A stretch of 62,831 nt of DNA from a virus (taxonomy: Duplodnaviria > Caudoviricetes), in IMG/VR virus record IMGVR_UViG_3300025598_000039, positions 1-62,831 of that record; one strand, given 5' to 3'. A program made the position numbers and the translations under genes. This document shows positions 59,285-62,831 of the stretch, piece by piece (the first letter of the stretch is position 1; the number at the start of each line of letters is the position of its first letter). The notes below the pieces were generated by a model. It had not been told where the DNA came from, made no database searches, and saw nothing but the letters and a program-made list of their open reading frames with translations.

Positions 59285-59347
59285 TGGAGCGGGGGTGGGG
59301 AATCGAACCCCATGGCTGTTAGTTAAAGCACCCATGCAAACCCCAGC
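59285..59347 (-). ncRNA. 63-nt tRNA-like RNA lacking a normal D/anticodon region
   Basis: GCTGGGG..TGGGG-TTCGATT-CCCCA-CCCCCGC-T-CCA. Confidence 0.55.
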
Positions 59348-59354
59348 ATGATAT

Positions 59355-59428
59355 TGTCGCGGTGTGGGGAATCGAACCCCTATCCCCTGATAGACAGTCA
59401 AGGATAATAACCATTATAAGATGGAGCC
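59355..59428 (-). pseudogene. Pseudo-tRNA-Asp(GTC) with unpaired acceptor stem
   Basis: CTTGA-CT-GTC-TA-TCAGG and T arm present; 5' GGCTCCA cannot pair with 3' CACCGCG; no CCA. Confidence 0.7.
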
Positions 59429-59673
59429 TTTTGTTTTTATTTCAATAAAGTAGCTTCGTTTATCATAGTATAGACCATCGGGTTCGTCTTTTACTTCTTT
59501 AAAGAACCACCAATTATGCAAATCGGGCAACCGATAATACGCATCTTCTGAATATATGGTGTATGTCTTTGTTAAAGTATGCAGACCACCTATTACATAA
59601 ACAGTAATATCGATGCGTCCATCTTTTCCTTCCAGATACAGTCCTGTTTCACTTGCTTTTTCCTTTTATTAAA

Positions 59674-59750
59674 TGGTGCCCAAAGTCAGACTCGAACTGA
59701 CAACATTTCGATTTTGAGTCGAACGCCTCTACCAATTGGACTATTCGGGC
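59674..59750 (-). tRNA. tRNA-Leu(CAA), short variable arm
   Basis: TTCGA-CT-CAA-AA-TCGAA; 77 nt. Confidence 0.88.
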
Positions 59751-59755
59751 AGTAA

Positions 59756-59831
59756 TGGTGCAAAGTCTTGGGATCGAACCAAGTTGGCTGGATTTTCAGT
59801 CCAGTGCAATGACCACATTTGCTAACTTTGC
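59756..59831 (-). tRNA. tRNA-Phe(GAA)
   Basis: CTGGA-CT-GAA-AA-TCCAG; CCA. Confidence 0.9.
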
Positions 59832-59840
59832 ATTAAAATT

Positions 59841-59918
59841 TGGAGGGGAAGATGGGACTTGAACCCACATAAAAAGGTTTTGCAGACCTTGGCGTAACCA
59901 TTCCGCGCACACTTCCCC
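59841..59918 (-). tRNA. tRNA-Cys(GCA)
   Basis: AAGGT-CT-GCA-AA-ACCTT; U73, CCA. Confidence 0.88.
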
Positions 59919-59920
59919 GT

Positions 59921-60568
59921 TTAACGTTTCATTAATTCATCAACAAAATCACGCAATAATTCATGGTTGCGTTCTTTGCCAATATATTTTGGCTTCATCC
60001 AAGTATATTCATCATACCAATGCTGCTCTGCTTCTGGATGTGAACCAATAAGTCCAATACGGTCTTGATAGCCTGCCATAATATCGCCATTAGCATAGGT
60101 AGCAACAACATCAAACTTGCCACGACCTGTAATAGCACAGCCATCATACCAGAATATATTTTCACTGCTGCCTTTCCACGTGACTTCTAGGTCTTTTGCA
60201 TGTGGACGGCGTGTATCTGTTTTGGGACGGCGCATATATTGAACGCAATCCCGTCCTTTTAGAATATTAAGATATTCACTACCAGCCCAATAAGCACCCA
60301 TACAGATACCAAGATATCGTCCACCATTAGCAACAAAATCTTTTATTTTACTTTTATGATGCGCCATAACACGATTAAATGTATCACTATCACCTATGCC
60401 GCCTGGTATGGCTATAATATCAATATCATCAAAAAAGTTTTTTTGTAATGTATTATGACGTGTAAAGATGTTAAATTGGTAGTCAGATGATAAAACATTC
60501 ATTAAACCATTCACACCATGAACACTCACGCGTGGATGATCTAAAAATATTGCTATCTTTCCCTTCAT
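59921..60568 (-). CDS. Class I glutamine amidotransferase-like protein (BPL_N-like)
   Basis: IAIPGG..FVANGGRYLGICMGAY..GSHPE (Cys-His-Glu). Confidence 0.8.
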   Translation of the reverse strand: MKGKIAIFLDHPRVSVHGVNGLMNVLSSDYQFNIFTRHNTLQKNFFDDIDIIAIPGGIGDSDTFNRVMAHHKSKIKDFVANGGRYLGICMGAYWAGSEYLNILKGRDCVQYMRRPKTDTRRPHAKDLEVTWKGSSENIFWYDGCAITGRGKFDVVATYANGDIMAGYQDRIGLIGSHPEAEQHWYDEYTWMKPKYIGKERNHELLRDFVDELMKR

Positions 60569-60810
60569 ACATCACCTTTATTCTTACAGCGTTCATACCA
60601 AAACTTACCACTTAAGCGAAGTTTTTGATTACTTTCTCGAACATATTCTAACAGTGCTTTGGCTAATGTTGCTTGTTCATTACGCCAAGTAGCATTATCT
60701 TGTTCTGCAATCTTGTCAATTATTTCTTGAACCATGTCAATATATGGACATGTATCTTCGGGAACTACGGGTTTATTTTTGACTATACGTGGTGTAGTTG
60801 ATCTTGCCAT
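60565..60810 (-). CDS. Hypothetical protein, probably leaderless
   Basis: TTGACA-N17-TATACT-N6-ATG; P.VPEDTCPYID motif. Confidence 0.6.
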   Translation of the reverse strand: MARSTTPRIVKNKPVVPEDTCPYIDMVQEIIDKIAEQDNATWRNEQATLAKALLEYVRESNQKLRLSGKFWYERCKNKGDV

Positions 60811-60854
60811 TTGTATAGTATATTTAGATTTGCTGTATTTGTCAATGTCATAAT

Positions 60855-60928
60855 TGGCATCCCGTGTAGGAGTCGAACCCACGCCTAGACTTTTGGAGAG
60901 TCCCGTGCTACCGTAACACTTACGAGAT
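60855..60928 (-). tRNA. tRNA-Trp(CCA)
   Basis: GGACT-CT-CCA-AA-AGTCT; G73, CCA. Confidence 0.88.
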
Positions 60929-60940
60929 ATAACAACTTAA

Positions 60941-60965
60941 GGGGGCGGATTTAAAATCCGCCCCC
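60941..60965. repeat. GC-rich perfect hairpin
   Basis: GGGGGCGGATTT-A-AAATCCGCCCCC. Confidence 0.8.
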
Positions 60966-60983
60966 ACCCACGAAGAAAAAATC

Positions 60984-61137
60984 TGGCATTTGTTGCGTTA
61001 GATGATACCTCATCTGCTTCCCTACCATCTCCGTAGGTGCTTCACAAGCAGTGCCATACTGCTACAATCTTGTCACTACAAAGATACATCGCTTATCACT
61101 ATGCCTAGAGCCTCACGATGTATCCGTGTAGGGACAA
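60984..61137 (-). ncRNA. Candidate structured RNA (long hairpin plus multi-way junction)
   Basis: TTGTC/GACAA, CTACA/TGTAG, GATACATCG/CGATGTATC; TGGCA/TGCCA closing TGCTT/AAGCA, CCTAC/GTAGG and AGATGA/TCATCT. Confidence 0.55.
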
Positions 61138-61162
61138 AAATGTGGGGCGAAACCGCCCCACA
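61136..61162 (-). terminator. Rho-independent terminator after the HTH gene
   Basis: TGTGGGGCG-GTTT-CGCCCCACA-TTTTT. Confidence 0.8.
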
Positions 61163-61198
61163 CATTATATAATATAATTTCGTTATGAAATTAGAGTA

Positions 61199-61471
61199 TT
61201 AGAAGCGAACGCCTTGATCCATGAGCGCACGGATACCAGCGGCAACCATTTCACGGGTAGGATTGCCAAGACGATACTTCTTGGAAACTTCACCTTTTGC
61301 ATTCTTGTGTTCATTCAAGTAGATTGCATAGCCCTTCAAGCGAAGTGAAGAGATTGCAGCGGCAGGATTGGCGACGCCAAAACGAGCCGTAATCTGCTTA
61401 GCAGTAAGCTGCTCTCCAGCCTTAAGAACTTCAAGAACACGATCAGTATTAGAAACGGTAACAGTCTTCAT
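61199..61471 (-). CDS. Small winged-helix/HTH DNA-binding protein (90 aa)
   Basis: RVLEVLKAGEQLTAKQITARFGVANPAAAISSLRLKGYAI; SD AGGAGA; GC-richer codon usage. Confidence 0.75.
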   Translation of the reverse strand: MKTVTVSNTDRVLEVLKAGEQLTAKQITARFGVANPAAAISSLRLKGYAIYLNEHKNAKGEVSKKYRLGNPTREMVAAGIRALMDQGVRF

Positions 61472-61522
61472 TTGTCTTTCTCCTGTAAAAGCGAGGAACA
61501 CCATGTCCTCATCAACATATAC

Positions 61523-61550
61523 ATAATAGCACAACTGCATTATAAGTCAA
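61523..61550 (-). promoter_or_regulatory. Sigma70-like promoter of the HTH gene
   Basis: TTGACT-N11-TGTGC-TATTAT. Confidence 0.65.
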
Positions 61551-61733
61551 GAGAAAAATTAAGAAAAATCAAAAAAATTTGCACAAATTTTGTGCAATTT
61601 TATGGGCAAAAGTGTCAAAAAATTGACATTCACCCCATTTTACACCGCCGAAACCACCTATTCAGCCATTTGGCCCAAGTACTGGTCGATGGGTAGCCAT
61701 ATGCTTAGGGGCTACCAGCCTGCCATACCAAAT

Positions 61734-61765
61734 AAAAAAACCCCCGAAACTTTCGCTTCGGGGGC
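61734..61765 (-). terminator. Attenuator terminator
   Basis: CCCCCGAAGC-GAAA-GTTTCGGGGG followed by T7. Confidence 0.9.
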
Positions 61766-61793
61766 TAAGTGCATACTCTAATGTGCGTTCACA

Positions 61794-61874
61794 TTAGGCA
61801 CACGCCCCCACCATCCAGAAACCTTCTGGCATGCGGCAAATGATATAATCGTAATGTTTAGGCGTGTTGTTCAT
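61794..61874 (-). CDS. Leader peptide MNNTPKHYDYIICRMPEGFWMVGACA (26 aa)
   Basis: Promoter, purine-rich AGAGAG, ATG, 26 codons and TAA about 30 nt before the terminator; 3' codons complementary to the terminator arm. Confidence 0.75.
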   Translation of the reverse strand: MNNTPKHYDYIICRMPEGFWMVGACA

Positions 61875-61895
61875 AATCACTCTCTGTTGTAGGTT

Positions 61896-61925
61896 TATTT
61901 ATACCACAAAAAAATAGTTTGTCAA
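61896..61925 (-). promoter_or_regulatory. Dual sigma70/late promoter for the leader
   Basis: TTGACA-N11-TGTGG-TATAAATA. Confidence 0.75.
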
Positions 61926-61934
61926 TAACTTTTT

Positions 61935-62153
61935 TTATGCAATATTTAGGGTAGTTTTTGCGCTGCTTACGGCATCTGCAATATTAGTTGCACTGCCGTC
62001 TAAACTTGCAAGTAAATTTGTCAAAACTGTAATTTCTGCGTTAAGTGCAGCAAGTTCATTTTGCTTACTTGCTAGTTCTAATGTAATAGAAGCAATAGAT
62101 GCTTTAATATTATCACTAATACTTTGGATATTTGCAATTTCATCAGTAGTCAT
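61935..62153 (-). CDS. Small coiled-coil protein
   Basis: Heptad pattern; SD GGAG; TAAATA upstream. Confidence 0.55.
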   Translation of the reverse strand: MTTDEIANIQSISDNIKASIASITLELASKQNELAALNAEITVLTNLLASLDGSATNIADAVSSAKTTLNIA

Positions 62154-62203
62154 TAGTATAACTCCATAAGTTGATATTAAACCTATTTAACTTTCATAAT
62201 GTG

Positions 62204-62566
62204 TCATATTTGTAAAATTATCCAATTCCCGCTACAATATTCCATATCACCAACAATCGTCCAATCTATTTTAGACATACGAAGTTTTAGTGGCGTGTAA
62301 TTAAAAGTTAAATTGACAGGCACATCTGCAAATAACGGATTAACAAATTTACAATCCATCTTGACAGTCATGCTATCTACAAGTAATTGTGGAAAATTGC
62401 CATCAACTTTTGCTAATGCAAACCACTGCGGTAACATACTTAAAATTAAACCACTTTGTACAACACCGTGTTCAGTATGTAATGCAATATTATCACCAGT
62501 TAAATTAGCAAAATCTAACACTTGTTGTTTGGTAACTGTAATTTGGATTGTATGTGAAAGCATCAT
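62204..62566 (-). CDS. MaoC-like (hot-dog fold) dehydratase
   Basis: ITVT..VLDFANLTGDNIALH..VVQSGL..KFVNPLF. Confidence 0.7.
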   Translation of the reverse strand: MMLSHTIQITVTKQQVLDFANLTGDNIALHTEHGVVQSGLILSMLPQWFALAKVDGNFPQLLVDSMTVKMDCKFVNPLFADVPVNLTFNYTPLKLRMSKIDWTIVGDMEYCSGNWIILQI

Positions 62567-62831
62567 TCAATTATAAACAAATTGCCATCTAACCGCTGGT
62601 CTGGTGGGTCAATCCTATTTTCTGCAATATTAATATATTGTGGATTAAGTTCAATAAGCGTAGCATTACGTCCTAACTTATCACTAACATATCCAGTAGT
62701 TCCGCTGCCACCAAATGGATCAAGCACCATTCCATCTTTTGGACAACCTGCTAGAATACAAGGTTCAATCAATTCTGTTGGAAATGTGGCAAAGTGTGCT
62801 TCTTTGTATGGTTTTGTATTAACTGTCCATA
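62563..62831 (-). CDS. DNA N4/N6 methyltransferase, C-terminal part (start outside window)
   Basis: HFATFPTELIEPCILAG..VLDPFGGSGTT..IELNPQY. Confidence 0.88.
   Translation of the reverse strand, partial: WTVNTKPYKEAHFATFPTELIEPCILAGCPKDGMVLDPFGGSGTTGYVSDKLGRNATLIELNPQYINIAENRIDPPDQRLDGNLFIIE

Noticed and set aside
60811-60882. N-terminal extension of the ORF called from 60882 (similarly the starts at 61540, 57145 and 57248)
   Set aside because: The extensions overlap tRNA or promoter sequence. Downstream starts with better signals exist.
59285-61137. tmRNA, SRP RNA or 6S RNA identity for the structured RNAs
   Set aside because: No G3:U70 Ala acceptor or tag frame, no SRP domain IV motif in a single hairpin, and no 6S-type closing stem could be identified by eye.
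61590-61781. Plus-strand ORFs 61472..61696 and 61590..61781
   Set aside because: No RBS or motifs; they overlap minus-strand regulatory elements.
1-62831. CRISPR array or diversity-generating retroelement
   Set aside because: No regularly spaced identical repeats, no reverse transcriptase and no adenine-specific TR/VR pair were seen. The repeats are in-frame protein modules.
1-62831. Stop-codon recoding or suppressor tRNA
   Set aside because: Long genes are intact in the standard code. TAA, TAG and TGA all end genes, and no full tRNA has a CTA, TTA or TCA anticodon.

Overview
AT-rich segment of a large T4-like (jumbo) myophage genome. Features of tRNA-His point to an alphaproteobacterial host. 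Layout: (1) 1-33 kb, + strand: late structural block of LamG lectin-like proteins, Gly-rich adhesin-like proteins and very long repeat-built tail fibres, with a FabF/NodE-like ketosynthase inserted; (2) 33-37.4 kb: U32-like protein, 2OG-Fe(II) oxygenase, flavin halogenase and a glycosyltransferase-like gene; (3) 37.4-41.1 kb, - strand: NUDIX, gp15-like and gp14-like neck genes and a methyltransferase; (4) 41.2-51.8 kb: operon with sulfotransferase-like genes, APS kinase, an HxGH nucleotidyltransferase, two oxygenases and a duplicated TctA/TctC transporter pair; (5) 52.2-60.9 kb, - strand: array of 21 apparently intact tRNAs (several structurally atypical) plus tRNA remnants, homing endonucleases and antisense-inserted genes; (6) 61-62 kb: candidate ncRNAs, an HTH gene and a promoter / 26-codon leader peptide / antiterminator / terminator unit. 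The leader samples 17 different amino acids and looks like a general tRNA-charging attenuator. It is the best candidate for an undescribed system. All calls come from reading motifs by eye; no database search was run.
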